From an uncultured delta proteobacterium (GTDB taxonomy: Bacteria > Desulfobacterota > Syntrophia > Syntrophales > UBA2185): 64,000 nt of DNA. Shown one piece after another: positions 18,478-27,582 of this stretch (positions within the stretch are counted from its first letter, which is position 1; each line of letters opens with the position of its first letter). Location of the stretch: NCBI GenBank assembly GCA_963729715.1, contig CAVSPA010000004.1, positions 512,001 to 576,000 of the forward strand. The letters are read 5' to 3'. The notes beneath the pieces were generated by a model that ran no database searches, was not told where the DNA came from, and saw nothing but the letters and a program-made list of their open reading frames with translations. The position numbers and the translations under genes are program-made.

Positions 18478-18768
18478 ATGAGCTTTGCTAAAACAACCGG
18501 ATTACCCGACTTTCCTATGAAAAAATCATGGATTGTATATCTTCTCAGTTGTTCCGATGGGAAAATTTACACGGGAGTTACTAATGATTTAGAGAAGAGA
18601 TTAGAAGCCCACAATAAAGGAACTGCTTCAAAGTTTACCCGTGCGAGATTGCCCGTAACGCTGTTGGCCACAAGTCGATTGATTGAGAAAGAAGATGCTT
18701 TTCGGCTGGAACACAGGATCAAGCGTCTACCCAGAGAGAAGAAACTGAACGCCATAAAAGATGGGTAG
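18478..18768 (+). CDS. GIY-YIG nuclease family protein (YhbQ/UPF0213-like)
   Basis: WIVYLLSCSDGKIYTGVTNDLEKRLEAHN.G..SKFTR motif. The start is probably ATG 18517. Confidence 0.9.
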   Translation: MSFAKTTGLPDFPMKKSWIVYLLSCSDGKIYTGVTNDLEKRLEAHNKGTASKFTRARLPVTLLATSRLIEKEDAFRLEHRIKRLPREKKLNAIKDG

Positions 18769-18815
18769 GCAGAAAATAGGATCATGAAAAGATTTTTTAT
18801 TTTGGAAGGATGATC

Positions 18816-19052
18816 TCAGATATCTTTTCTCCTCCGCCAGGCATCCTGATATAGCCTGCCGATACAGAGAAATATGGCCAGGAAAAATAATCCTAACATA
18901 AAGTTGGGAGAAGTGCCCAGAAGCTCGTCCAGCTTATATCCCGCATAGAGGAAGAGGAAAGAGGCAATCACAATCACAAACCCCCATGAACTCAGCATGA
19001 AAATCGCTCTGTACATTTTGTGGTCCTGGTGTGTCTTGTGACTCGCTATCAT
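18816..19052 (-). CDS. AtpZ/AtpI-family small membrane protein
   Basis: 'GYKLDELLGTSPNFML' motif between two TM segments; AAGGAGG RBS. Confidence 0.75.
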   Translation of the reverse strand: MIASHKTHQDHKMYRAIFMLSSWGFVIVIASFLFLYAGYKLDELLGTSPNFMLGLFFLAIFLCIGRLYQDAWRRRKDI

Positions 19053-19119
19053 GGCCTTAACCTCCTTTCCCTTCAGGGTTGATCACCATACCGGCATGAA
19101 AACCGGTATGATGGTCTTC

Positions 19120-19395
19120 TTAGCTTACGAGGGTCTTAATGGCATTGAAAACCGGAGCCGTGAACAGGGCGATGAGAATTGTGTACATTGCAAATATGCC
19201 TATCAGCTCACCGGCATAAAACCTCGAATATTTGTGCTTCAGAGAGATGATCGTCATCCCGCCGACAATCAGACATCCAAGTTGAAAATAAGGGAATTCG
19301 CTCACGCCTGATATTGCATACTCAGCAAAACCGAATGTAGCTGTCGTCAGCACCACAAATATTGCCAGGACTAATGTTTTAAGTGTCTTTTTCAT
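19120..19395 (-). CDS. Hypothetical membrane protein
   Basis: AAGGAG RBS, signal peptide plus two TM helices. Confidence 0.7.
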   Translation of the reverse strand: MKKTLKTLVLAIFVVLTTATFGFAEYAISGVSEFPYFQLGCLIVGGMTIISLKHKYSRFYAGELIGIFAMYTILIALFTAPVFNAIKTLVS

Positions 19396-19440
19396 GATCT
19401 GTTTTCTCCTTTGTAGTTGATTTGTTTTGAGTTATATTAC

Positions 19441-19457
19441 CGCATTAACCATGCCAG
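19441..19457 (-). promoter_or_regulatory. Putative sigma54 (-24/-12) promoter with upstream IHF-like site
   Basis: Minus strand CTGGCATGGTTAATGCG (GG-N10-GC) about 45 nt upstream of ATG 19395. AATCAAGATGTTA (19485-19497, minus) matches WATCAANNNNTTR. Confidence 0.6.
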
Positions 19458-19610
19458 CTTTGCGAGTTCAGAGGATAAATCTTATAACATCTTGATTGTA
19501 CCAAGCTATTGTGAATTGAAACGATTTGGGGACAGCGCTTCAGACCCCTGAAAAGGGGGAGTTATTTAAAGAAGCGTTAAACGACATTTAATGAAACAGA
19601 GACGGGATGG

Positions 19611-21028
19611 GGGATATTGTCAATAGTTGTGGATGAGACATTTTTCAACGTATCCTGACCCTTTTCAAATTCAAGCAGCTTCTTTCATTATTACACCATC
19701 AACAAATCTGATTCCTTCAATGACCTTGCAGATAAGGTTATGCCCCCTGATTCTCTGCCAAGTCTTTTCTGCTTCCATGGCCAATTTGAAAACCATGGTA
19801 AGTGTTGCCAATCTTGAGCCACAACCTTTTGTCCGTTTTGTGCGAAGCCTCACAGTGGCAAAGGTTGATTCGATAGGATTTGTAGACCGGATATGACGCC
19901 AGTGCTCTGCCGGGAAATCATAAAAAGCAAAAAGACTTTCTTTGTCTTTTCTTAAACACTCGCATGCTTTTTCATATTTTGCCTGATATTGAGATAAGAA
20001 ATAATCATAGGCTCTAAAGGCTTCATCCCTGGTCGGAGCCATATACATGTCGCAGATATGAACCTTGGCTCTCGGTTGAACGCTCTTTGGCATCTTATCC
20101 AGGATATTGGCAGTCTTATGAACCCAGCAACGCTGCTCTATTGTTTCCGGAAACTCCTCCCGAAGGGCTGCCCAGAATCCCAAGCCGCCGTCACCAACCG
20201 CCAACTTAGGACCTTCTTTAAGCCCCCTTTGCTTGAGATCGCGCAGCATCTCCTGCCAAACCTGTTTGCTCTCCCGGTATCCGTCAAGAAGGGAAACAAG
20301 TTCCTTCTTCCCGTCTTCCAATGTCCCCATAATGACCAAGATGCATTGCCGCTTGTTCTCCACATCTCCCAAACGAACATTGAAATAAATGCCGTCTGCC
20401 CAGAAATAAACGTATCGCTTATGGGCAAGATCCCGCCCCGCCCAGTTTTCATAATCTTGTCCCCAGAGAGTCTTTAATCGAACAATATTTGTGGCGGAAA
20501 GCCCCGTTGCGTTCTTTCCTAATATGGATTCTAGTGCCTCACTGAAATCCCCAGTGGAGATCCCCTTAAGATAGAGTGCCGGTATTAAAGCGTCTATTGA
20601 TGGAACTCTTCTCATATATCTCGGCAAAATAGTGCTGGTAAAAGCCTCGCCTTCTCTCTTGTCGTGAATGCGGGGCTGTTTCACTTGCAATGGCCCAATG
20701 CCAGTCACAATCTCTCTTTCCGGTAAGGACCCGTTCCTCACAACCATGCGCCGACCACCATTATCTCTCGCATCCTTGAAACTCTCAATGTACTCACTTA
20801 TCTCATTCTCTATGGCCGCCTGCAACATCCGACAGGCGCCTTCCCGGATAATTAACTCCAATGCGCTTTTTGATTCTTCTTTAACTTGCTTTTCCAGATA
20901 ATCTCGTTCATTATTCTCCATGGGCGTATCCTTCTTTCTCCCCTCTCGCCAAGGGGGCTTTAAGTTAAACTACACTTATTTAGGATACGCCTTCTTTTTA
21001 TCCTGTCCACAACTTTGGGTTATATCTC
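19611..21028 (-). mobile_element. IS256-family insertion sequence
   Basis: Imperfect terminal IRs GGGATATTGTCAATAGTTGTGGA / GAGATATAACCCAAAGTTGTGGA; 9-bp target duplication ACGGGATGG at 19602-19610 and 21029-21037. Confidence 0.93.
19671..20921 (-). CDS. IS256-family (Mutator-like) DDE transposase
   Basis: LYLKGISTGD, WADGIY, VGDGGLGFW, QRCWVHK and RSTNPIESTF motifs. Confidence 0.95.
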   Translation of the reverse strand: MENNERDYLEKQVKEESKSALELIIREGACRMLQAAIENEISEYIESFKDARDNGGRRMVVRNGSLPEREIVTGIGPLQVKQPRIHDKREGEAFTSTILPRYMRRVPSIDALIPALYLKGISTGDFSEALESILGKNATGLSATNIVRLKTLWGQDYENWAGRDLAHKRYVYFWADGIYFNVRLGDVENKRQCILVIMGTLEDGKKELVSLLDGYRESKQVWQEMLRDLKQRGLKEGPKLAVGDGGLGFWAALREEFPETIEQRCWVHKTANILDKMPKSVQPRAKVHICDMYMAPTRDEAFRAYDYFLSQYQAKYEKACECLRKDKESLFAFYDFPAEHWRHIRSTNPIESTFATVRLRTKRTKGCGSRLATLTMVFKLAMEAEKTWQRIRGHNLICKVIEGIRFVDGVIMKEAA

Positions 21029-21332
21029 ACGGGATGGTGAAGATTTGTTAGATGTGATCAGTTCTGCTGTGGTTATCCTGAACTTATTAAAAAACGCAGG
21101 CTCCAGCGTATTTCTTTCTGAACAGATTCCCGGAACATCAAAATTACGTTTTTAACCATAACAGATCATTCTGGTATTGTGGCTGATTTTACGGGTCATT
21201 GGTAATACCAATGATGCCGGATTGATATTGATAATTGGCTGTAATCCTTATATGAACAATTTCAGTTATGGTAGATGGGGTGGGTGAGTAGAACTTCCTG
21301 AAGTCTTGTTTTTAGCAATTCTCATCAGAATA

Positions 21333-22378
21333 GTCGAGTAGACCAAGGAGGTTTCCCCCCTTGGCCCCTCCAAGATCCGGACATGCCCAATTAAGGCATC
21401 CGGCTCCTCGATCTACGGATTTGCTGCGTTACGGTACGCCGAATGGATGGCGATCGGCGCCGGCAGAGGATAACGCTTCAGGAGCCGGTTGAAAGTTTCC
21501 CACTCCATCCGGGCCCTCTGCGACCTCCGGCTCAGCCACTTATACCACAGCCTGATCACCTCTGAGCGATACTTCGCAATCCAGAACGAGTTCCCGGTGA
21601 CTCCGTAATACCCGTAGTGGCCTCTCAGCTGCTGAGAGAGTGTTTTCTGCTGTTCGTGGATGGGCCGGTGCCGGTTGGCCTTACACCAATCCTTGATTCT
21701 TGAAAGTGCCTGCTTCAGGCGGTCTTTCGCCGTCTTATGCTTAACCACCCAGTACCCCTTTCGGGACTTGGCCCAATACAGGGTGAAGCCCAGCAGGTCG
21801 AAACTCCCAGGACCATGGTTATCCGAGTTATCGGAGTCCTTTGGCTTCCGAAAGTCCACCAGCCGGGTCTTCTCGGGGTGGAGAGTGAGGCCGTATTTCC
21901 CGAACCGCTTGGGAAGCACGTCCAACACTCGGCGGGCATCACTCTCCAACTTGAAGCCCATGATGAGATCATCTGCGTAACGGATCAGGAAGGCTCCGCC
22001 TTTCATTCGCGGCTTCACTTCCCGCTCGAACCAGACATCCAGGACTTCATGAAGATAGATGTTCGCCAGCAGTGGCGATATTACCCCACCTTGTGGGGTT
22101 CCGGCCTCTGGGTGTACCTGCTTCCCCGACTCCATCACCCCCGCTTTCAGCCACTTTCCGATCAATCGACGGATCACGCCGTCACGCACCCTGCGATTCA
22201 GTATATCCCGCAGATGACGGTGGTCCAGAGTATCAAAAAACTTCCTGATATCCACCTCAAGCACCCAGCCGCCTCCCATCGCCATCAGCCGCTCCCGCCC
22301 CGCCCTTAGCGCCTGATGCGCCCAGCGTCCGGGGCGGAACCCATACGAACAGTCCAAAAAGTCCTGCTCGTAGATGGG
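21333..22378 (-). mobile_element. 5'-truncated group II intron (3' part of RT ORF, domain V, domain VI)
   Basis: Minus-strand DV GAGCCGGATGCC-TTAATT-GGGCATGTCCGGATC (21374-21406, AGC triad); DVI hairpin ending ...CTACTCGAC at 21333; RT ORF upstream. Confidence 0.9.
21413..22378 (-). pseudogene. Group II intron reverse transcriptase/maturase, N-terminally truncated, no endonuclease domain
   Basis: EPIYEQDFLDCSYGFRPGR, DIRKFFD, GTPQGGVISPLLANIYL, RYADD, FDLLGF and domain X (GHYGYYGVTGN). RT0 to RT2 are missing. The first codons of the listed ORF (MNSGPLVP) are antisense tRNA repeat. Confidence 0.9.
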
Positions 22379-22425
22379 CTCCGGAACCAGAGGCCCCGAG
22401 TTCAAATCTCGGATCGCCCGCCAAT
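22379..22425 (+). repeat. attR core (displaced 3' half of tRNA-Arg)
   Basis: Exact 47-bp copy of 12131-12177; lacks the tRNA 5' half. Confidence 0.92.
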
Positions 22426-22557
22426 TTCATCAGTTGCGGTCGGCCAAACTCCCAAATCACCGGCAAGGCGGTGCATTCGAGCCCCTGTATAAAAGATCTT
22501 GATTTATTAAAAAGAATATTATACAAACGAAGCCCGTTCAAAATCTTAATATGCAGG

Positions 22558-22603
22558 ACTCCTTGTTCGGACAGACAGTCCGGACTTTAGAGCCATGAGG
22601 AGG
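22558..22603 (+). promoter_or_regulatory. Putative S6:S18 autoregulatory leader
   Basis: ACTCCTTG...GAGCCATGAGGAGG: CTCCT can pair with the rpsF Shine-Dalgarno; internal GGAC/GTCC hairpin and CC motif, as in rpsF leaders. Confidence 0.55.
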
Positions 22604-22610
22604 TAGAAAG

Positions 22611-23084
22611 TTGAAAAGATACGAAACCCTGTTTATTGTCCAAATTGACCTTCCCATTGATGAGCTCAACAGTATTATCGAGCGTTACAAAACAATCGTA
22701 ACGGCCCTTAAAGGCACCATCATCAAAGTCGAAAAATGGGGCAAAAGAAAATTAGCTTACGAAATTAAGAAGCAATCAAACGGCAACTATGTTCTGATCG
22801 ACTTCGCGGGTAAGAGTGCAATCATCGATGAACTGGAAAGAAATTTCAAGATCGATGACAAGATCCTCAAGTTCATGACAATAATGAAGGATGGCAATGT
22901 TGACCTCGCGGCAATAGAAAAAGAAAGGGAAGAAGAAAACAAGCCTGAAGCGCCGCGTGCGGCGCTCGTTTTCGAAAGCCGGGTAAGCGCTGAGCCGAAG
23001 CCGGAAACCGATGCGAATAAAGAATCCGCATCCTCAGAACCGGCATCGACGCCGATATACCGGGAAACGGAGGGGAAAGTTTAA
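22611..23084 (+). CDS. rpsF: 30S ribosomal protein S6
   Basis: KRYETLFI, WGKRKLAYEIKK; acidic C-terminal extension. Confidence 0.95.
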   Translation: MKRYETLFIVQIDLPIDELNSIIERYKTIVTALKGTIIKVEKWGKRKLAYEIKKQSNGNYVLIDFAGKSAIIDELERNFKIDDKILKFMTIMKDGNVDLAAIEKEREEENKPEAPRAALVFESRVSAEPKPETDANKESASSEPASTPIYRETEGKV

Positions 23085-23087
23085 CAA

Positions 23088-23366
23088 ATGCCAACACCAT
23101 CAAGAGATATCAGGACACCAAGAACGGATTCAAGACCGCAGAAGAAATTTTACCACAAGAGAAAATTTTGTCGTTTTTGTACGGACTCAGATATAAGAAT
23201 TGAATACAAAGAGCCCCTTGTCCTGAAGGATTATATAACCGACAGGGGCAAGATCATACCGAGAAGAATTACTGGAAATTGCGCCAAACATCAGAGGGAA
23301 GTTACCGTGGCTATAAAAAGGGCGAGGACCATAGCCCTGTTGCCCTTTGTTGTTTCCGAATGGTAA
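23088..23366 (+). CDS. rpsR: 30S ribosomal protein S18
   Basis: [21 protein letters not shown] and AIKRAR..ALLP motifs. Confidence 0.97.
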   Translation: MPTPSRDIRTPRTDSRPQKKFYHKRKFCRFCTDSDIRIEYKEPLVLKDYITDRGKIIPRRITGNCAKHQREVTVAIKRARTIALLPFVVSEW

Positions 23367-23380
23367 TATGAAATTGGAAG

Positions 23381-24385
23381 ATGGCCGCATCAGGTCAAGA
23401 TCAGCGGATTCAGACTTTGAGCAAAGAAAGGGGTGCATTTTTTAAGAATATCTTTTTCACGGGTATAGCCGTATCCTCCCTGGCCTTTCTCACTGCCTCG
23501 CTCATTCCTATGGTGGGTGCTTTCTTTTTTATCCTGACACCGCTGCCGATTATTTATTATTATTCCAAGACGGGCAGGATACGAGGGTTGGCAATATTCC
23601 TCATATCCCTTTTTCTGGTCGCCGTAGTGCTGACATTTTCCGGTTCCGCTGCAAATCTGCCATTCATAATTATAACGGGATTCTTGGGAGTCCTTCTTTC
23701 AGAAATCTTTCGCAGGAAATACTCCATAGAAAAAACTGTCGTTTATCCCGTGACGGTGATCTTGCTGCTATGGTGCTCTTTTATCGTCTTTCAGAGCCTA
23801 TCAGCAGGAACAGAACCCTGGCATCTGGTTGAGGATTACATCGGGAGAAATATCGAGGAGAGCATTCAATTATACGCGCAACTGGATGTTCCGGCGGAAC
23901 AAATAGATCTTCTCAAAAATAATTTTAAAGAGATAACGAGCTTCTTTGCAAACATTTTTCCTGCTCTCGTCCTGGTAAGCGCTTCCTTCATAGTGTGGCT
24001 TAATATACTGGCCGCAAGAGAGATATTTCAAAGAACCGGGATGTGGCATCCCGATTTCGGAGATCTTTCACGGTGGAGGGCCCCGGAGGGGCAGATCTGG
24101 CTTCTCATTGCCGCCGGGGGATCGCTTTTAGTCCCTGTTTCGTTGGTAAGGATTATCAGCCTTAATCTCGTAATCGTTTGCCTGTTTGTGTACCTCCTTC
24201 AGGGTTTGTCAATTATAAGCTTTTTATTCAGGACAAAAAATGTTCACAGATCTTTCAGGATACTTTGTTATGGCCTTATTTTTGCTCAACAATATATAAT
24301 CCTGCTCATAGCTGTCGTGGGCGTCTTTGATCTGTGGGTTGATTTCAGAAAATTTATTAAACCGGTAACATACTCCACCTCTTAA
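23381..24385 (+). CDS. YybS/DUF2232-family membrane protein
   Basis: Multiple TM segments, LQGLSI and GVFDLWVDFRK; conserved position between rpsR and rplI. Confidence 0.85.
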   Translation: MAASGQDQRIQTLSKERGAFFKNIFFTGIAVSSLAFLTASLIPMVGAFFFILTPLPIIYYYSKTGRIRGLAIFLISLFLVAVVLTFSGSAANLPFIIITGFLGVLLSEIFRRKYSIEKTVVYPVTVILLLWCSFIVFQSLSAGTEPWHLVEDYIGRNIEESIQLYAQLDVPAEQIDLLKNNFKEITSFFANIFPALVLVSASFIVWLNILAAREIFQRTGMWHPDFGDLSRWRAPEGQIWLLIAAGGSLLVPVSLVRIISLNLVIVCLFVYLLQGLSIISFLFRTKNVHRSFRILCYGLIFAQQYIILLIAVVGVFDLWVDFRKFIKPVTYSTS

Positions 24386-24631
24386 ACGGGATTATGAAAA
24401 ATCAGGAGTTAATGATCTCGCAAAAGAGATGTATGATGCATATGGAGCAAGAATGATGGGTTTCGCGGGAAATAGAGGCTACAAGGAAGGTATTCCCCAG
24501 TGTGCGGTGATTAACTGAGGCAACAGTTGTATAGCTTGCCCTGGGGGACGCCGGCTAATTCCAGTTGTTGGTATTCTCTTGTAATCGCTTACGCGTTAAA
24601 TAGTGAAATTCAGATTTTACGAGGAGAGTGT

Positions 24632-25078
24632 ATGAAGGTCATATTGAAGCAGAATGTTGATTCTCTCGGAAAGGCCGGAGATGCGGTGAAGGTTGCCGAT
24701 GGTTATGCAAGGAACTATCTGATTCCCAAGGGGCTCGCAGTGGAGGCAAGCAACTGGTCTCTTAAGGCTTTGGAAAATGAAAAAAAGCAAATAATGAAGA
24801 AGCTCGGAACTGAAAGGAAAAAGGCCGAGGTCATGATTGAGAGGCTCGCAGGCGTGACATTGAGCCTTACCAGGCGTGTCGGGGAACAGGATAAGTTATT
24901 CGGGTCAGTGACCACGAAAGATATAGAACAATCCCTCCAAGACCTGGGCATAGAGATTGATAGAAAAATGATAATCCTTGAAGAACCTATAAAGACTCCC
25001 GGCGAATTCCTGGCAAAAATTAAACTTCAGCCCGGGGTAGCCGCAGAGATAAAGATAACGGTAATTGGCGAGGCGTAA
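24632..25078 (+). CDS. rplI: 50S ribosomal protein L9
   Basis: MKVILK..LGKAGD.VKVADGYARNYLIPKGLA and KLFGSVT; GAGGAG RBS before ATG 24632. Confidence 0.97.
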   Translation: MKVILKQNVDSLGKAGDAVKVADGYARNYLIPKGLAVEASNWSLKALENEKKQIMKKLGTERKKAEVMIERLAGVTLSLTRRVGEQDKLFGSVTTKDIEQSLQDLGIEIDRKMIILEEPIKTPGEFLAKIKLQPGVAAEIKITVIGEA

Positions 25079-25087
25079 AGGCAGTCC

Positions 25088-26446
25088 ATGAAAGATATTG
25101 ACACCTCATTGCACAGGGTGCCGCCGCAGAATCTCGAAGCCGAGCAGTCCGTGATCGGAGGAATCCTCCTCGATAACCAGGCGCTGAACAGCGTTCTGGA
25201 AGTGCTTCATGTCGAAGATTTTTACAGCGAAGCGCATCGCAAAATATTCGCCGCCATTATAGAGCTCTATGACAGAAATGAACCAAGCGATCTCATCACG
25301 CTAAGCAACATACTGAAAAGTAAGAATCAACTCGATCAGGCAGGAGGTGCATCTTACCTATCTTCCCTCGCGGATAATGTGCCGTCAGCAGCCAATATAG
25401 ATCACTATTCCAAAATCGTAAAAGAAAAGTCAATTTTGCGCAGTTTGATCGGCACGGCGACGGATATTCTGAGCAAGAGTTATAATCCAGGTACGGACAT
25501 CGATACGGTGCTCGACGAAGCCGAACGCGCCATATTCGATATATCGGAAAATAAGATAAGGCCTGCCTTCAGCCCTTTCAAGGACATAATAAAGCAAAGC
25601 GTCAAGACCATCGAGAAGCTGTATGAGCGCAAAGAGCTTGTAACCGGCGTTCCCACCGGATTTGAAAAGATAGACGATATCACGTCAGGTCTGCAGAAAT
25701 CCGATTTAGTCATAATTGCAGGCCGACCCAGCATGGGGAAAACCGCTTTTGCCCTGAATATTGCGCAATACGCAGCCCTCGAAGCTAATATCGCCGTTGC
25801 TATCTTCTCTCTCGAAATGTCAAAGGAGCAACTAGCCCTGCGCATGCTTTCCTCGGAATCAAAGGTCGATTCGCAGAGAATAAGGAGAGGGTTCCTGGGA
25901 GAGGCTGATTGGCCGAGGCTGATCTCCGCCGCGGGAAGGCTTTCCGAGGCGCAGATATTCATCGATGATTCATCGGCAATTACGGCATTGGAAATGAAGG
26001 CAAAGGCACGACGCTTGAAATCCACCGTAGACCTTGGCCTGATCATACTGGACTATCTCCAGCTTATGAGAAGCGGCGGCTACAGGGAATCGCGGGAGCA
26101 GGAGATATCCGAAATCAGCCGTTCCCTTAAGGCCCTTGCGAAGGAGCTTAGTGTCCCAGTAATTGCGCTTTCCCAGCTGAACAGGAAGCTGGAAGACAGA
26201 ACCAATAAGCGACCCCAAATGGCGGACTTGAGGGATTCGGGCGCCATTGAGCAGGATGCAGACTTGATTGCCTTTATTTACAGGGATGAGGTCTATGAGA
26301 AATCCGACGAGAATCCCGAAAAAGGCATGGCCGAGATAATTATTGGCAAGCAAAGAAACGGACCGACGGGCATGGTGAAGCTGGCATTTCAGGATAAATA
26401 TGCCCGTTTTGAAAACCTCGCCAGAGGCATTGACATGGAGCCGTAG
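25088..26446 (+). CDS. dnaB: Replicative DNA helicase
   Basis: PPQNLEAEQSV, GRPSMGKT, DYLQLM, SQLNR and DLRDSGAIEQDAD motifs; no intein. Confidence 0.97.
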   Translation: MKDIDTSLHRVPPQNLEAEQSVIGGILLDNQALNSVLEVLHVEDFYSEAHRKIFAAIIELYDRNEPSDLITLSNILKSKNQLDQAGGASYLSSLADNVPSAANIDHYSKIVKEKSILRSLIGTATDILSKSYNPGTDIDTVLDEAERAIFDISENKIRPAFSPFKDIIKQSVKTIEKLYERKELVTGVPTGFEKIDDITSGLQKSDLVIIAGRPSMGKTAFALNIAQYAALEANIAVAIFSLEMSKEQLALRMLSSESKVDSQRIRRGFLGEADWPRLISAAGRLSEAQIFIDDSSAITALEMKAKARRLKSTVDLGLIILDYLQLMRSGGYRESREQEISEISRSLKALAKELSVPVIALSQLNRKLEDRTNKRPQMADLRDSGAIEQDADLIAFIYRDEVYEKSDENPEKGMAEIIIGKQRNGPTGMVKLAFQDKYARFENLARGIDMEP

Positions 26447-26579
26447 CCGGACGGGAAGACATCTGTTGTGATCTTGCGGTCCATCCCCTCCGAAGGTTCC
26501 TGTACTACCTCCTTACATCAAGAAATCCAAGCGCTCCCAGCACCGTATCGGTTGGAATCTGCTGCATCCGGTAACGCCG

Positions 26580-27446
26580 TTATGTCTCGGCCGGGAGCAG
26601 ATCCCGCTCTTTTCCTAAATATGGGATGGCTAGTCGCAATTTCTTAAGGGCCTGCTTCTCAATCTGTCTGGCCCTTTCCCTGGTAATGTTATATTTATTG
26701 CCGATTTCCTGGAGGGTTTTCGGGTTGTCCGTCATTATACGATTTTTGACGATATAGCTTTCCCTTTCATTGAGATTTGTGAGTGCGCCGGCAATGTTTC
26801 TTTTTACGATATCCATCTCCTCTTTCTTAATCAGAGACGTCTCCTGATCCTCGCCCTCGTAAGTCAAGTAATCGAGATGAGACGTTTCTCCTTCTTGGCC
26901 GATGTATGAATCAAGGGAAAGATCGCGATAGGTAAGCCTCTGGTCCATTTCTGCAATTTCCGTTTCCTTGACGCCAAGAGATTCCGCAATCTCTCCGAAT
27001 TCAGGATTCTTCTGCGAAAGGGCCTCAAGCTTCTTCTTCGCCTGCCCAAGCTTGAAAAAGAGTTTCCTTTGGGCCTGTGTAGTCCCGATCTTTACAAGAC
27101 TCCACGATTTAATAATGAAATTTTGTATGTATGCTCTTATCCACCACACCGCATAAGATATGAGCCTGTATCCTTTATAGGGATCAAACTTTTTCACGGC
27201 ATGCATGAGCCCTATATTCCCTTCTTGAATCAGGTCGGCCAGTTTGATCCCGTAATTTCTATATTCGTGCGCGATCTTGACCACGAACCTCAAGTTTGAC
27301 ACGACCAATTTCTCAGCTGCCTCCATGTCATTATACTTCTTAAATTTGACCGCAAACCTGAATTCTTCATCCGCACTGAGGATGGGATAGCGATTGATCT
27401 GTGCTATATAGATGTCAAGAGTACTCGTGACTGATGGCAGTTCCAA
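26580..27446 (-). CDS. rpoH: RNA polymerase sigma-32 factor
   Basis: DLIQEGNIGLM.AVKKFDP, AVWWIRAYI, RpoH box TTQAQRKLFFKL and TRERARQIE. Confidence 0.92.
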   Translation of the reverse strand: MELPSVTSTLDIYIAQINRYPILSADEEFRFAVKFKKYNDMEAAEKLVVSNLRFVVKIAHEYRNYGIKLADLIQEGNIGLMHAVKKFDPYKGYRLISYAVWWIRAYIQNFIIKSWSLVKIGTTQAQRKLFFKLGQAKKKLEALSQKNPEFGEIAESLGVKETEIAEMDQRLTYRDLSLDSYIGQEGETSHLDYLTYEGEDQETSLIKKEEMDIVKRNIAGALTNLNERESYIVKNRIMTDNPKTLQEIGNKYNITRERARQIEKQALKKLRLAIPYLGKERDLLPAET

Positions 27447-27553
27447 TTAAGACCTCTCAGGGTTGCTTTGTTTCGCTTCTAATTTATAAGTCTATTATGT
27501 ATCCGACCCTCCAGTCAACATCTTTGACACATTTTTTCTTTATTATGCATATC

Positions 27554-27582
27554 TTGACAGATTGCATACCCATGTTTACATT
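27554..27582 (+). promoter_or_regulatory. Putative sigma70-type promoter for clpB
   Basis: TTGACA-N17-TACATT. Confidence 0.45.

Larger units (their letters stand above)
12131..22425. mobile_element. Degenerate genomic island integrated at tRNA-Arg(CCG); no integrase visible
   Basis: Identical 47-bp direct repeats at 12131-12177 and 22379-22425, starting at the first base of the anticodon loop. Cargo is accessory (TA system, cassette genes, IS, intron). Confidence 0.85.

Noticed and set aside
21333..21410. Group IIC-attC intron targeting the cassette array
   Set aside because: DV has an AGC triad rather than the CGC typical of IIC, and the 3' flank is not an attC site.
12200..22400. CRISPR array or prophage in the island
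   Set aside because: No regularly spaced repeats, cas genes or phage structural genes were seen.
21413..22405. RT as an intact gene, retron, DGR or defence RT starting MNSGPLVP
   Set aside because: The first codons are antisense tRNA repeat and RT0-RT2 are missing. Group II DV/DVI follow the stop, and I saw no TR/VR pair or msr-msd.
22379..22425. Second tRNA-Arg gene
   Set aside because: Only the 3' half is present; there is no acceptor 5' strand or D arm.
24527..24631. N-terminal extension of L9
   Set aside because: The canonical MKVIL start with a GAGGAG RBS is at 24632.
27553..27576. Sigma32 promoter (CTTGAC...CCCATGT) for clpB
   Set aside because: The spacer is only ~10 nt, shorter than the usual 13-15; a sigma70-type reading fits better.
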